Positions 20,838 through 33,614 of a DNA stretch of 64,000 nt are shown piece by piece. A program made the translations under genes and the position numbers. This DNA is from Hemiscyllium ocellatum. Its lineage: Eukaryota. Under the pieces are notes generated by a model. That model saw nothing but the letters and a program-made list of their open reading frames with translations. It had not been told where the DNA came from and did not search any database. The stretch spans positions 36,109,090 through 36,173,089 of the forward strand of contig NC_083435.1 of assembly GCF_020745735.1 (NCBI RefSeq), read 5' to 3'. The number at the start of each line of letters is the position of its first letter. Position 1 is the first letter of the stretch.

Positions 20838-21025
20838 TCCTGACCCTGTCCCACCCTCCCAGCCACTGTTAAACCCTGTCAGACTAATTCCCCTCCCCTC
20901 CTCACCCTGTCCCACCCTCCCAGACATTGATAAACACTGTCAGACTAATTCCCCTCCCCTCCTGACCCTGTCCCACCCTCCCAGACACTGTTAAACCCTG
21001 TCAGACTAATTCCCCTCCCCTCCCC
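20838..21025 (+). repeat. 61-bp minisatellite, ~3 copies, 3' of gene 1
   Basis: Same unit as 1871-2250 and 55130-55800. Confidence 0.88.
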
Positions 21026-21139
21026 ACCCTGAAGTGATTGCCTTGTGTCTCTCCATTCCTGACCTTGTGGGTTTCCTGGGCCCCACTACAGGACATTCCT
21101 GGAGCCTCATTGTGGAATAACGGGATTCTCCTGTTCCAG

Positions 21140-21887
21140 CTGCAAATGTGTTGCTGGTCAAAGCACAGCAGGCCAGGCAGCATCTCAGGAATAGAGAATT
21201 CGACGTTTCAAGCATGAGCCCTTCATCAGGAATAAGAGAGAGAGAGAGCCAAGCAGGCTAAGATAAAGGGTAGGGAGGAGGGACCAGGGGGAGGGGCGAT
21301 GGAGGTGGGATAGGTGGAAGGAGGTCAAGGTGAGGGTGATAGGCCGGAGTGGGGTGGGGGCGGAGAGGTCAGGAAGAGGATTGCAGGTTAGGAGGGCGGT
21401 GCTGAGTTGAGGGAACCGACTGAGACAAGGTGGGGGGAGGGGAAATGAGGAAACTGGAGAAATCTGAATTCATACCTTGTGGTTGGAGGGTTCCCAGGCG
21501 GAAGATGAGGCGCTCCTCCTCCAGCCGTCGTGTTGTTGTGTTCTGCCGGTGGAGGAGTCCAAGGACCTGCATGTCCTCGGTGGAGTGGGAGGGAGAGTTA
21601 AAGTGTTGAGCCACGGGGTGATTGGGTTGGTTGGTTCGGGCGGCCCGGAGGTGTTCTCTGAAGCGTTCCGCAAGTAAGCGGCCTGTTTCACCAATATAGA
21701 GGAGGCCACATCGGGTGCAGCGGATGCAATAGATGATGTGTGTGGAGGTACAGGTGAACTTGTGGCGGATATGGAAGGATCCCTTGGGGCCTTGGAGGGA
21801 AGTGAGTGTGGAGGTGTGGGCGCAAGTTTTACATTTCCTGCGGTTGCAGGGGAAGGTGCCGGGGGTGGAGGTTGGGTTGGTGGGGGG
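21140..21887 (-). mobile_element. Penelope-like retroelement 3' fragment with an intact GIY-YIG endonuclease segment
   Basis: ORF 21369-21905 contains CNRRKCKTC...IYCIRCTRCGLLYIGETGRLLAERFREHL...HFN. Absent at the homologous site of gene 2 (~55913). Confidence 0.9.
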
Positions 21888-24194
21888 TGTGGACATGGAC
21901 ACCATTGTCTGTCCTTCCTTATCACAGCAGACACACAGAATTACAGCTCATTGCTCACACTCAATTCCTTCAGGACTGAGATCAATTTTTCAGGGAATGT
22001 GTTTCCACAGATTGAACAGTGAATCCCAGATCCACAAGTTTGGATCCTGGTTCTTCAAGTGAGACCTTCTCAAGTCGTGTTTCCATCCCGTCCCAGAAAT
22101 GTGAGCAGTGTCACCGTCAGAGGGATCTTCACGGATGGTTCCTCCCTCACACTTTCTCATCTTCACTGTCTTCAATGTGTCAGTGGTTGACCTGAAATGA
22201 AGCAATGTCCTGAGGGAACTCAGAGACAGTTTTTATATTGAAGGAAATTGGTTTTGTATCTGACATTAACAAATTTCACATGTTATGTAAGCTCTGTACA
22301 TATCAGTTTTACAAATTCTAATTCTTAGATAAATATCTATATAAATACTCTAAACCTGATTTATTGTTGACTACTAAAATCTGTCACAACTTATCACCAT
22401 TGTTTAACTACAATCACCAATATGTGTCATTTGTAATCGCTAGAAGTTATTTATTGTCTTATTGATTTTGATGTTTTTATTAATGATTCCACAGGAATGA
22501 TTATATTCATTTACACAGCAGCAGCTTGTGGCTCTTGGAATCAGCAGATGTTGAGCTTCAATTCAATGTGAACTGGGGGAGTTATGACCATCCAACTCCC
22601 CAACAAGCCTTCCCCAAACTAACCAGGAAGCACAAAGCGAGGTTTATTTCATAAGTGTGTTTCAGAACTGGATGGTTGATAATGTCTGGGAGTGTTCATT
22701 CCCCGGGGGAAGGGGGGAGTTGGGGGGGTGGGGGTGGGGTGGAGGGGAGTGTGAATAGAGGGCCAGGCAGCTGCTTAGAATCAGGAATACTTCACTGACT
22801 GGTGACCCAGCAGCTATTGGAGGGAGGAAAGGGCAGGCTCAGCAGCTGAATGACCCACACAATCCTTGAGACGTTATCAGGAGAGAATTGTAAAGTGACC
22901 CCTGACCTGTCCACTCTCCAGGAATGAGATTTCAGCTTCAAGTCTATCCTCCAATTGGACATGTTAATGATTATACTGAGGTGATAACTCTTGATAAAAA
23001 GTCATTGCTCCTGATCAATCCTGTCAGAATCTTTTAAACGATGTCAGCTATGTTTTGGTACAATGTAATTCTTGTTTGAAAAATGATACAGTGCTTGAAT
23101 AATGAGAATGTAAGAAATGTGAATAAAATGAAAATGGATTTTATTCCTGACTCTCTGTTCCCTCAGTCACTTCCTGCAAGTCTGTGTCACACTCGTTCCA
23201 TCTGCAGGAACAAAATTCCCGTCAGTTTGAATGATATTCGGTCACCAGGGACAGTCCAATCCTGGAATGAAACCTGGGTTTGAGGTGGAATATTTGTAGA
23301 TGGGGTTCCCATGCAGGTTAGTCACTGAAACATATTCACATGAAGCTGCTGATGTTCTTTTACAAGGGAGTCTATGTTGACACAAGAAAGGAAAAGAAAC
23401 AACCAAAGCTGTGTATTTTATATACAGTATATATCCGCAGTCAGAAAGATCTTTGTGCAAATAAGAAAACGGGTTCAATCTGTTCCACAACACGGTTACA
23501 GATATTCACTAAAAGGTCAATTCTGTCAGTATTTATTTTACTGGCTCTCCCTAGTTCCTTATCCTTGGAACGCTGAGACAGATTCATGCCTCCTTCCCAA
23601 ATCTGCTGGAATGAACCTTTCACAATTCGGATTGTTTCAATCTTTCCAGTTCCAACAACTGACTTTGATCCAAACTCTCCCGGTTGAGAAGTTCCAGAAA
23701 CTGCAGCCCTCTGGCTCGGGTCTCTGGTTTTCCTGGATTGAACTGAAAATGTCATTTTCTTGCAAGGAGAAAACTGTTCTCACCCCTGAACTGAGACCTT
23801 TAATCTTCTGTCCTGAAGTCAAAACGAAACTATTGACCTTTCTCGCTTTTCCCGGTTTGGCATGAACTCAGCAGTGACAACTCTTAATTCATTCACACCC
23901 AAGGGATTCTGTTTGTTTGCTAGATGAGAATAATAACTAGCTTTTGTAGAATTGATGCACAGAGATCGCTGTTTTAAATGACTTTCTGACCTCTTTAAAA
24001 TGATCACCTTCACAAACTCATCAATATCCATCTGTCTCTATTGTAAACTCCAAATCCCAGATGATAACTCCATACCCATCAACACAATCAGGGAAAGTCC
24101 ATTCCCAGAGAGTGGGAACACACAAGTGTGAGGGAATGGAGATTGTGTCAGAACCTGATGGAGATTCTGGATATCGCTTCCATTCCATCGATAT

Positions 24195-26915
24195 TCCCTG
24201 AGGATGTGAGTGTGTCTGGTGGGTTTGATGACCAACATCAGACTTATACTAAAGGACATAGCTATTAGACTGGGTCTGCAGCAGGTGGTGAGGGAACCAA
24301 CAAGAGGGAAAAACATACTTGATTCCATCTTTCCAATCTGCCAGCTGCAGGTACAAATGTCCATGACAGTCTCAGTGAGAGGGACCATCGCACTGTCCTT
24401 GTGGAGGCAAAGTCCCACTGTCACATTGGGAATAACCTCCATCGTATTGTGTGGTACTACCACTGTGTTAAATGGAACAGACTTGGATCAGATCTAGCAG
24501 CTCAAGCCTGGGTATCCATGAGGCGCTGTGGGCCATCAACAGCAGCAGCACCGTACTCCAGCACAATCTGTAACCTCATGGCCTGGCATAGCCCCCACTG
24601 AACCATTAACACCAAGCCAGGGATCAACCCTGGTTCAATGGGGAGGACAGGAGGGCATGCCAGGAGCAGCACCAGACGTACCTGAAGATGAGGTGCCAAC
24701 CTGGTGAAGCCCCCAAACAGGACGACTTGCATGTCAAACAAGCAGGGTGTGGGCTTGTGGCACAGCAACTGTGCATCTGACTCCAGATTCGAAGGTTGAG
24801 TGTTTAAATCAGGTCAGGTTCAATTTCACCCATTTGGGGTGGCACGGTGACTTAGTGGTTAGCACTGCTGCCTCACAGCACTAGGGTCCTAGGTTCGATT
24901 CCAGCTTCGGGTAACTGTCCGTGTGGAGTTTGCACATACTCCCCGTGTCTGCATGGGTTTCCTCCCACAGTCTAAAGATGTGCTGGTGAGGTGAATTGAC
25001 CATGCTAAATTGCCCATAGTGTGAGGTGCATTAGTCAGAGTGGGAGGGATCTGGATGAGTTGCTCTTTGGAGGGTCAGTGTGGACGGGTTGGGTCTGTTT
25101 CCACACTGTAGGGAACCTAATTGAATCAAACCTAATCTAATCTATCATAAGCAGCAAGTGATAGAGCTAAGCAATCCCACAACCTGAGCTCTGCAGTCCT
25201 GCCACATCCAGCCAACTCACTGGAGGCTCCACAAATATTCCCACTCTCACTGATGGAAGAGCCTATTACTCCAGTGTGAAAGATAGGCCTGAAGGTTTCA
25301 CAGCAATCTTCAGTCAGAAGTGTCGAGTGAATGATTCATCTCAGCCTCCTCCAGTGGTCCCCAGCATTACAGATACCAGTCTTCAGCCAATTCAATTCAC
25401 TCCACGTGATATCAAGGAACAGTTGAAGACACTGGGTACTGCAAAGGCTTCAGGCCCTGACAACATTCAGGCAATAGTACTGAAGGCTTGTGCTCTAGAA
25501 CTTGCCACTCCCCTGTCCAAACTGTTCCAGTCCAGTTACAACACTGGCATCTACCCAACAATGTAGAAAATTGCCCAGGTATAATCTATCCTCGATCATC
25601 AGTAAAGGGATGGAAGGGGTCATTAACAGTGCGATCAAGCAGCACCTGCTCAGCAATAAACTGCTCAGTGACGCCCAGTTTGGGTTCTGTCAGGGTCACT
25701 CAGCTCCTGACCTCAATACAGCCTTGGTTCAATCATGGACGAAAGAGCTGAATTCCAGAGGGGAGGTGGGAGTGACAGCCCCTGACATCAAGGCAGCATT
25801 CGACCGAGTGTGGCATCATGGAACTTGAGCAGAACTGGGATCAATGGGTATTGGGGGAAAACTCTCCAGTGGATAGAATCATACCTGACACATAGGAAGA
25901 TCGTTTTGGTTGTTGGAGGTCAGTCATCTCAGCTCCAGGAAAGCTCTGCAGGAGTCCCTCAGCGTGGTGTCCTAGGCCCAACCATCTTCAGCTGCTTCAT
26001 CAATGACCTTCCCTCCATCATAAGGTCAGAAATGGGGATGTTTGCCAGTAATAGCACAATGTTCAGCACTATTTGCATCTCCTCAGACACTGAGGCAATC
26101 CATGTTCAAATGCAACGAGGTCTGGACAATATCCAGGCTTGGACTGATAAGTGGTAAGTAACATTTACACCACACAAATACCAAGATATAACCATCACCA
26201 ACGAGAGACAATCTCACCACCACCCCTTGGCATTCAATGGTGTTACCATCACTGAATCCCCCCCACTGTCAACAGCCTGTGAGTTTTCATTGATCAGAAA
26301 CTCAGTTGGACTAACCACATAAATGCAGTGTCTACAAGAGCAGGTCAGAGGCTGGGGATACTGCAGCAAGTAACTCGTCTCCTGATTTCCCAAAGCCTGT
26401 CCACCAACAACAAGACACAGGTCAGGATGGAATGCTCCCTGCTTGCCTGGATGAGTACAGCCATCTCAACACTGAAGAAGCTTGACACCATCCAGGACCT
26501 AGCAACCCAACTGATTGGCACTGCATCCACCAACATCCAGTCCCTCCATCACTGACACTCAGTTACAGCAATGTTTGCTATCTACAGAAATTCATCAAAG
26601 ATCCTTAAACAGTGCCTTCCAAACCCACAACCACCTCCATCTGGAAGGTCAAGATCAGCAGATATATGGGAACACCAACACCTTCATGTTCCCCTCCAAG
26701 CCACTCACCATCCTGACTCGGAAATATATCACCATTCCTTCACAGTCACTGGTCAAAATCCTGGATTTCTCTCCCTAATGGCATTGTGGCTCAACTCACA
26801 GGAGGTAGACTGCAGCAGTTCAAGAAGGCAGATCACCACCACCTTCTCAAGGGCAACTAGGGACGGGTAATAAATGCTGGCCAGTCTGAGACACCCACAT
26901 CCCACAAAAACTGAA
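24195..26915 (+). mobile_element. CR1-clade LINE (second family), long degenerate fragment
   Basis: KASGPDNIQAIVLKACALELATPLSKLFQ, DIKAAFDRVWH, AGVPQRGVLGPTIFSCFINDLP; 3' end caaggg...aataaatgctggcc. Short 3' pieces of this family also occur at ~4152-4290, 27150-27400 and 29460-29600. Confidence 0.85.
24835..25145 (+). mobile_element. HE1-like SINE nested in CR1
   Basis: ggcacggtgacttagtggttagcactgctgcctcacagc (A-box) and ggttcgattcc (B-box), followed by a CR1-like tail. Confidence 0.88.
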
Positions 26916-28299
26916 TCAATACAAAAACTGGGGGAGGTGTGATACATGGTTATTGTCTCTGGAGGAGGAACTCAGTGACCAAAGTATCATTCCAGAATGA
27001 GAAGCCTCTTTCTCCTCCAGGGAGTTGTTCAATTATCACACCTGGATGTGACAGGACAGCAGAGCTTCGATCTTATCTATCGATTGTGGAATCACTAAGT
27101 TCTGACTCTGCTCCCTCTGCTGTTTACTGCACGATCAGTCCTGATCTGACACTTCACTGACCAACACCATCACTTACAAGTTCCCCTCCAAGCCACTCAC
27201 CATCCTGACTTGGAAATATATTGCACTTCCTTCACTGTCACTGGGTCAAAATCCTGGAATTCCCTCCCTAATGACATTGTGGGTCTCCCTCCACCACATG
27301 AACTGCTGCTGTTCAGGAACGTACCTCACCACCACCTTCTCAAGGACAGTTAGGGATGGGAAATAAATTCCAGCAGCCAGTGATTCCCACGTCTCTCCAG
27401 TGAATAAAACAGACATCATTTTTCATCTCTGCCTGGTCCTGCTCCTGTGATCCCTCCCACATTCCTCATTGAACCGGGATTGGTCCCCTGGCTTGTTGGT
27501 AATGAGAGACTGGGGGTTGGGTTGAGCCATGAGGTGACAGTTTGTATTGGATGGCAGTTCTGCTGGTGTTGATGACCCACAGGACCTCATGGACACACAG
27601 TCTTCATCTGCTCGACCTGTTCACATCCCACAGGAGGGGGGGTGGTGGGGGTGCCATGAGGTTTAACGGGGAAATGTGTTCCTATATGATGGTTATTGAT
27701 GGGAGCAGTGTGCAGTGAACGGGCTGTAACCAACGCCCCTCCCCCCACTGGGTTCTCTGTACCTGACCCTCACCATCAATCTCCCCCCCTCCCCCAGACT
27801 GGGTTCTCTGTACCTGACTCTCACCATCAATCCCCACCCCCCCACCACACTTTGCTCTCTCTAGCCGATTCTTCCCACCAAATCCCATACCGGATTCTCT
27901 GTGATTATAAGATGCAAATAACTCTGTAATAACTCCTTTTCACAATAGCCCTCAGCCCAACCTGACTCTCTGTAATTAATCCACTCCATGTTCCCTCACA
28001 TTAAGCTCTCTGTCAGGTTTAGCTCATTGATCACTGACTGGGTGAAGAATCTCTCTCACTGTAACTGTGTCCTCCTGTTCTGAATCTCTCGGTTTAGTTT
28101 AAAACCGATCTCAGATTTCCCTTTTCCAGACTGTTTAATGTTTTATAAATCCCATCAGGTGCTTCCTTTCCTGTTAGAATAGCCCAATTCTCTTTGCCAC
28201 CTGACCCAGAACCTTGGCCCTGGGGGTGAGCCTGGGTGTTTCTCTCTCTGCACTCCACCCTTCCACACTCCCCCCTCCCCCAGGGTCTGACTGTCTCCC

Positions 28300-28372
28300 C
28301 TGTGACTGTGTCCTGAATTGGACTCAGTACCAGGAAGAACACCAGGGTCCATGGGATTCCCAGCTAGCCCAT
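28300..28372 (-). pseudogene. Dead signal-peptide exon 'leader B', copy 2 (ATG kept, TAG at codon 3)
   Basis: accATG GGC TAG CTG GGA ATC CCA TGG ACC CTG GTG TTC TTC CTG GTA CTG AGT CCA ATT CAG GAC ACA GTC ACA G|GGGAGA. Confidence 0.55.
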
Positions 28373-28413
28373 GGTTAGCAGTGACTGATACTGACCTGTG
28401 ACCCATGACCCAG

Positions 28414-28756
28414 GGTGACACCATGCCTCAGTGGTTAGCACTCCTGCCTCACAGCCCCAGGGACCTGAGTTTGATTCCAGCCTTGGGTGACTGTCTGTGT
28501 GGAGTTTCCCTGAGTCTGCATGGGGTTCCTCCGGGTGCTCCAGTTTCCTGCCACAGTCGAACAGGTGCACCTTGGGTAGATTGGTCATGCTCAATTGCCC
28601 ACAGTGTCCAGGGATGTGCATGTGGATTAGTTATGGAACATGCAGGGTTATGGGATTGAATAGAGGGGAGGGTCTGGGTGGGAAAATCTTGAGAGGGTCA
28701 GTGTCGACTCAATGGGCTGAATGGCCTGTTTCCACACTGTAGGTATTCTACGATTC
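28414..28756 (+). mobile_element. HE1-like SINE with probable CATGA target-site duplication
   Basis: A/B boxes and CR1-like tail. Flanked by catga on both sides and absent from the paralogous site at ~29930. Confidence 0.8.
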
Positions 28757-28818
28757 ATGAATGGCCTTTAATCTCCCAGTTCCCAGAGAGAGAATGGAAA
28801 GCTGAATTCTGTACTCAT

Positions 28819-29060
28819 CGGGAGGGACTCAGGGAAAACTCAGGGCGGGAAAGGAAAGGATCAGCAACATTCTGGGAATACACTGTCCCTATTCCAATCA
28901 GAGACTGGGAATTAAACACTCTGAGGGGAAACAGCTTCTGTTTACAAACTGGAAAAACCAGTAACACAACAATCTTTGGAGACTGCACACTATTTGTTGA
29001 GAAATTTGATCCATTGTTTGATGTGAAGCTGCAGAAGCAGAAAACTGGAACAAGTGCAAA
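28819..29060 (-). pseudogene. Inverted MHC class I promoter plus dead leader exon (28819-28870)
   Basis: Reverse complement: ...ctgattggaatagggacagtgtattcccagaATG TTG CTG ATC CTT TCC TTT CCC GCC CTG AGT TTT CCC TGA GTC CCT CCC G|atgagtacagaattcagctttccattctctct. It is 52 nt like the functional leaders, with an in-frame TGA and a GT->AT donor. Confidence 0.82.
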
Positions 29061-29824
29061 GTGATGACCCGGTCCCAGTGACGGGGAAGCTCCAGCACAG
29101 CCAGGCTGAGGTTCAGGCTCTGAGCCAGGAAGGCTGGGGCTGAGAAGAGGCCTCCCCTCCCCCACCAGCTCAGGAGCATCAGGACAGCACTAGGACCCTG
29201 GGATCCCCCTCTCACAGTAAACAGATGGCTCACTCCTTCCAACTGGGGGAGGTGACGGTACATTGGGATTGTACCTGGAGCAGGAATCCAGCAACCCAAG
29301 TGGAACCTCCTCCTCCTACACTGAGTTGTTGAATGACCATGACTGGATGTGGTAGGACAGCAGATCTGATCTGTTGGTTGTGGAATCACTGAGCTCTGTC
29401 TCTGCTGCTCCTGTTGTTTACTGCACACCTTGGCCTGTTCTGTAGCTTCACCGAGGAACACCATCATCTGCAAGTTCCCTCAAAGCCACTCACCATCCTG
29501 ACCATCCATTCCTTCACTGTCACTGGCTCCAAATCTTGGAATTCCCTCCCTCCCTAATGACATTGTGGGTCTGCCTCCAGCACATGGAATGTTCCATGAG
29601 GTTCACTGGGGAGATGGGTTCTCCCATGACTGCAGGGAACCAGCTGAATCTCCATGCTGGATTCTCTGTACCAGACTCTCACCATCAACTCCCATACTGG
29701 ATCCTCTGGAACTAAACGTCCCACACCACTCTCTGTCATTAATCCACTCCATGAAGCCCCCACACCACACTCTTCGTTTCTCTCTCTGCACTCCCCTCCC
29801 TCCCCCAGGGTCTGAGTGTCTCCC

Positions 29825-29897
29825 CTGTGACTGTGTCCTGAATTAGACTCAGTACCAGGAAGAACACCAGGGTCCATGGGATTCCCAGCCAGCCCAG
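29825..29897 (-). pseudogene. Dead signal-peptide exon 'leader B', copy 3
   Basis: (CTG)-GWLGIPWTLVFFLVLSLIQDTVT-G|GGGAGA. Confidence 0.5.
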
Positions 29898-31029
29898 GGT
29901 TAGCAGTGACTGATACTGACCTGTGACCCATGAATGGCCTTAACTCTCCCAGGTCACATTGAACTGACCCTCAACAACTGCTGATACGAGGACCCACAAG
30001 CTGCTGAGTGAAAATCTCATGAAGTCATTAGCAATGAATTCAATCAACAACAAACAATTATTTATTGATGACGAACCACAATTAGCAGCATTTATGGTCA
30101 GTTTAATGACATAAATAGGAAAAGATTGCTTTCCTTTTTGCATATTTACTGTCCTAATCACCAACTCCTCATCATTAACTGTTCCAATATGGCGGCATCC
30201 CATAAACACAACCTTAGCAAAGACAGATCCAGCCAAACCGATGTGTTCCTCACCTGCTGGCTCCTCTCCAGTTTCAGTGAAAGGAACACCAAAAGCAGCA
30301 GAGAACCCGAGAATGTCTTCCAGCAGCGAGCTCACACCAACTCAACTAAATCTAAACTAAAACACAAACATGGCTCCACTCACTCATGATTCTTTTGTCT
30401 TAAGTTTAAAAAAAACACCAAGCTACTTCCAAATCAGCTGCTGGAAACACACAGCTCAGTATCAGAGTAACAATACCCTTCTACAAGAGAATTCGGACAG
30501 AATACATCTTTGAAAGGCACAGCATTGTTACACCTATCCCTTTTAAAAAATGTACCATTATTATGAGAGATGGCTTTATTTTCAAAGCTTTCGGTCTCAC
30601 TCTGTTAGCACTCTACATTGTACATGCACTGTATTAAATCTCAGCACGTAACCATTCCATGCTGTAATCCATTTCAGTCCGGTCCTTCCACCACAGAACA
30701 CCATCAGCTTCCTTCAGCAAAGCTGTTACAAAGTGTCAGCAATTACATTCTCTCATCCTGACAGATGGTTAATTTTTAAATTGATGGTAGTAACAATAAA
30801 CTCCATCGAAATAGTCTGGCATTTTTATCTTTAATTTTCCCCAAAACCTTTAAGGGGTTGTTCTCAGTGTATACAATCTCCTCAGATACATTAGTGGCAA
30901 CATTAATGTGAAATTGTTACATCACCAACACCAAACTCGAGGTTTCTTTCACAATGATGGACTTGTTTTTGCTGAACTTCCAAAATTTGTGAAAAATATT
31001 CAATCGACCTTTGTATCCTCTCGAGGAAC

Positions 31030-31605
31030 GTGAGGACTGCAGATGCTGGAGATTAGAGTCGAGAGTGTGGTGCTGGTCAGGCAGCATCCGAGGAGCAGGA
31101 AAATCGATGTTTCGGGCTGGAACCCTTCATCAGGAATGAGGCTGGGAGCCTCGTGTGTGGAAAGAAAAATGGGAGAATTGAGGTGGGGAATGGGGGTAGA
31201 AGGTATCTGAGAGTGCAATAGGTGGATGGTAACAGGTCAGAGGAGAGGGTGGAGTGGATAGGTGGGAAGGAAGATGGATGGGTGGGACAGGTCATGGTGG
31301 CGGTGCAGAGCTGGAAGGTTGGACCTGGGGTAAGGTGGGGGCAAGGGAAATGAGGAAACTGGTGAAGTCCACATTGATGCCATGGGGTTGGACGGTTCCA
31401 AGGTAGAGGATGAGGCATTCTTCTTCCAGGCATCAGGTGCTTAGGGAATGGCGCTGGAGGAGGCCCAGGACCTGCATGTCCTTGGCGGAGTGGGAGAGGG
31501 AGTTGAAGTGTTTGACAATGGGGCAGTGGGATTGGTTGGTGCGCGAGTCCCAGAGATATTCTCTGAAGTGTTCCTTTCCACCCTCTCGTTGCCTTCTTGT
31601 AACAA
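31030..31605 (-). mobile_element. Penelope-like 3' fragment
   Basis: Homologous to 21140-21700 (HFNSPS...MQVLGLL; cctgatgaagg terminal motif). Confidence 0.8.
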
Positions 31606-31809
31606 TACAATAATGACACCCACATCACTCACATCAATAACCACATCAAATGGCTTTGGGTAATTGGGTGTCGTTTCAGGCTGTTAAATGCCTTCCCATA
31701 CATTTTTATCCATTGACATTCTCTGCATGTCTTCTATAGCTGAGTCAGTGGAGTAACCATACTGCTCAAAATTCAATCCAAATCTTTGATTAAAATTAGT
31801 CATGGAGTC

Positions 31810-32630
31810 ACAGAGTGATAGAGATGTACAGCACAGAAACAGATTGCTTGGTCCAATACATACATGTTGACCAGATATCACAACCTAATTCAGTTCCACC
31901 CGCCAGTATCCGGCCCATATTCCTCCAAACCCTTCCTGTTCATCTCCCCATCCAGATACCTTTCAAATGCAACTGTACCAGCCCCCACCACTTCCTCTGG
32001 CTGCTCATTCCATACACGTAACACACTCCACATGAAAAGGTTGCCCTTGTGGCCCCTTTTATATCTTTCTTCTCTCACCTTAACCCTATCTCCTCTAGCT
32101 CTGGACTCCAGCCCCCCAGAGAAATGACTTTGTCTATTTATCCTATCCATGCCCCTCATAATTTTGTAAACCTCTACATAGTCACCCTTCAGCCTCCGAC
32201 GCTCCAGGGAAAACAGCCCCAGCCTGTTCAGCCTCTCCCTGAAGCTCAAATCCTCCAACTCTGGCAACATCCTTGTAAATCTTTTCTGAACCCTTTCAAG
32301 TTTCACAACATCTTTCCAATAGGAAGGAAACCAGAATTGCACGCAATATTCCAACAGTGGCCTAACCAATGTCCTGTACAGTTGCAACATGACCTCCCAA
32401 CCCCTGTACTCAATATTCTGACCAATAAAGGAAAGTACACCAAACACCTTCACTATCCTATCTACCTGCGACTCCACTTTCAAGGAGCTATGAACCTGCA
32501 CTCCAAGGTCTTTGTTCAGCAACACTCCCTAGGACCTTACCATTCAGTGTATAAGTCTTGCTAAGATTTGCTTTCACAAAATGCAGTACCTCACATTTCT
32601 CTGAATTAAACTCCATCTGCTACTCCTCAG
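31810..32630 (-). mobile_element. CR1/HER1 3' fragment
   Basis: Minus ORF 31890-32525 (LQLYRTLVRPLLEYCVQFWFP...LERVQKRFTRMLP). Confidence 0.92.
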
Positions 32631-33567
32631 CCCTCTTTTTGTCGATTGTATGGAAATCTCCCCATTACCTTTTCCTTTCACAGTTTATGGGGCCATCTGT
32701 CCAATGATCTGCCTGAAGAACATGACTTGGATTTTTGTGATCTCACTGTTCACCAGGTTTAACACCAAGCACGCCTTCTGAAGTTGATTGAATAATTCTG
32801 AGAGATACTCCAAATGATCCTTCCACATGTGTCTGAAAATGACAAGATCATCCACGTTCACCACACAACGGAACAATCCCAAAATGGCCTTCTTAGTTAG
32901 TCTTCGAAATATGGCATTTTTCGTACCAAAAGGCATAACTTTGAACTGATAAAGTCTGCTTGCTGTCATATAAGCCAAAATTTCCTTCACTCTTTTTTTG
33001 TGAAGAGAGATTTGAAGGCAGAGGTACTGAGCAGTCCAGCTGAGCCGTGAGAGTAAACAGCTTGTGAGGCCTTGGGGGTTTTATAAGTTGGAATAATAGA
33101 CGCAGCCTGAATGATCCTGTGGGGTCAGGCTCCCACAGACCCAGGATTTTTTAAATATGTTTCAATAGTTGCTGTTGCGGTGTGAAGATGTGGAACCTAT
33201 TTATCCCTCTCTCAGTTACAGCCAAAAGCTGGGGGTTCTCTTCCTGTTATTGGACTTGGATGTGAGACAGTCTGTTTCCTGACCTTCCATTTTCCCAAGG
33301 GTGTATTAATGGGATATTACTCTATTGGAACAGTTAATTTGAAATAGTTACCACTTCAATTATTCTGTTATGTTTTCAATAGAGTTGTTATTTTGCTGTA
33401 TTTTGACTACAGTGGATGAATAATGTGTGTTCTGCTTTAAACCCGGTAGACTGACCAATCAAATTGCATCTGGAATGCAGCATCTCATGTTTAACTTTAA
33501 AATTAGAAAAAGTTAGAGTCGAGACTATTTTCTGAATATTTTGAAGGGGTTTGGTCTGGTTCATAAC
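32630..33567. mobile_element. Gypsy RT relic (minus) plus LTR-like segment
   Basis: ORF 32685-32990 contains YQFKVMPFG...NVDDLVIF. The LTR-like segment is a paralog of 5795-6362. Confidence 0.7.
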
Positions 33568-33614
33568 ACAATCCTCTGGATAGTTTTAACTGTGGTCTCT
33601 CAATGTAGTGTTTC

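Noticed and set aside
24835-24910. Possible tRNA genes (A/B boxes at SINE heads)
   Set aside because: The heads run directly into SINE bodies with CR1-like tails and recur five or more times; they are tRNA-derived SINEs.
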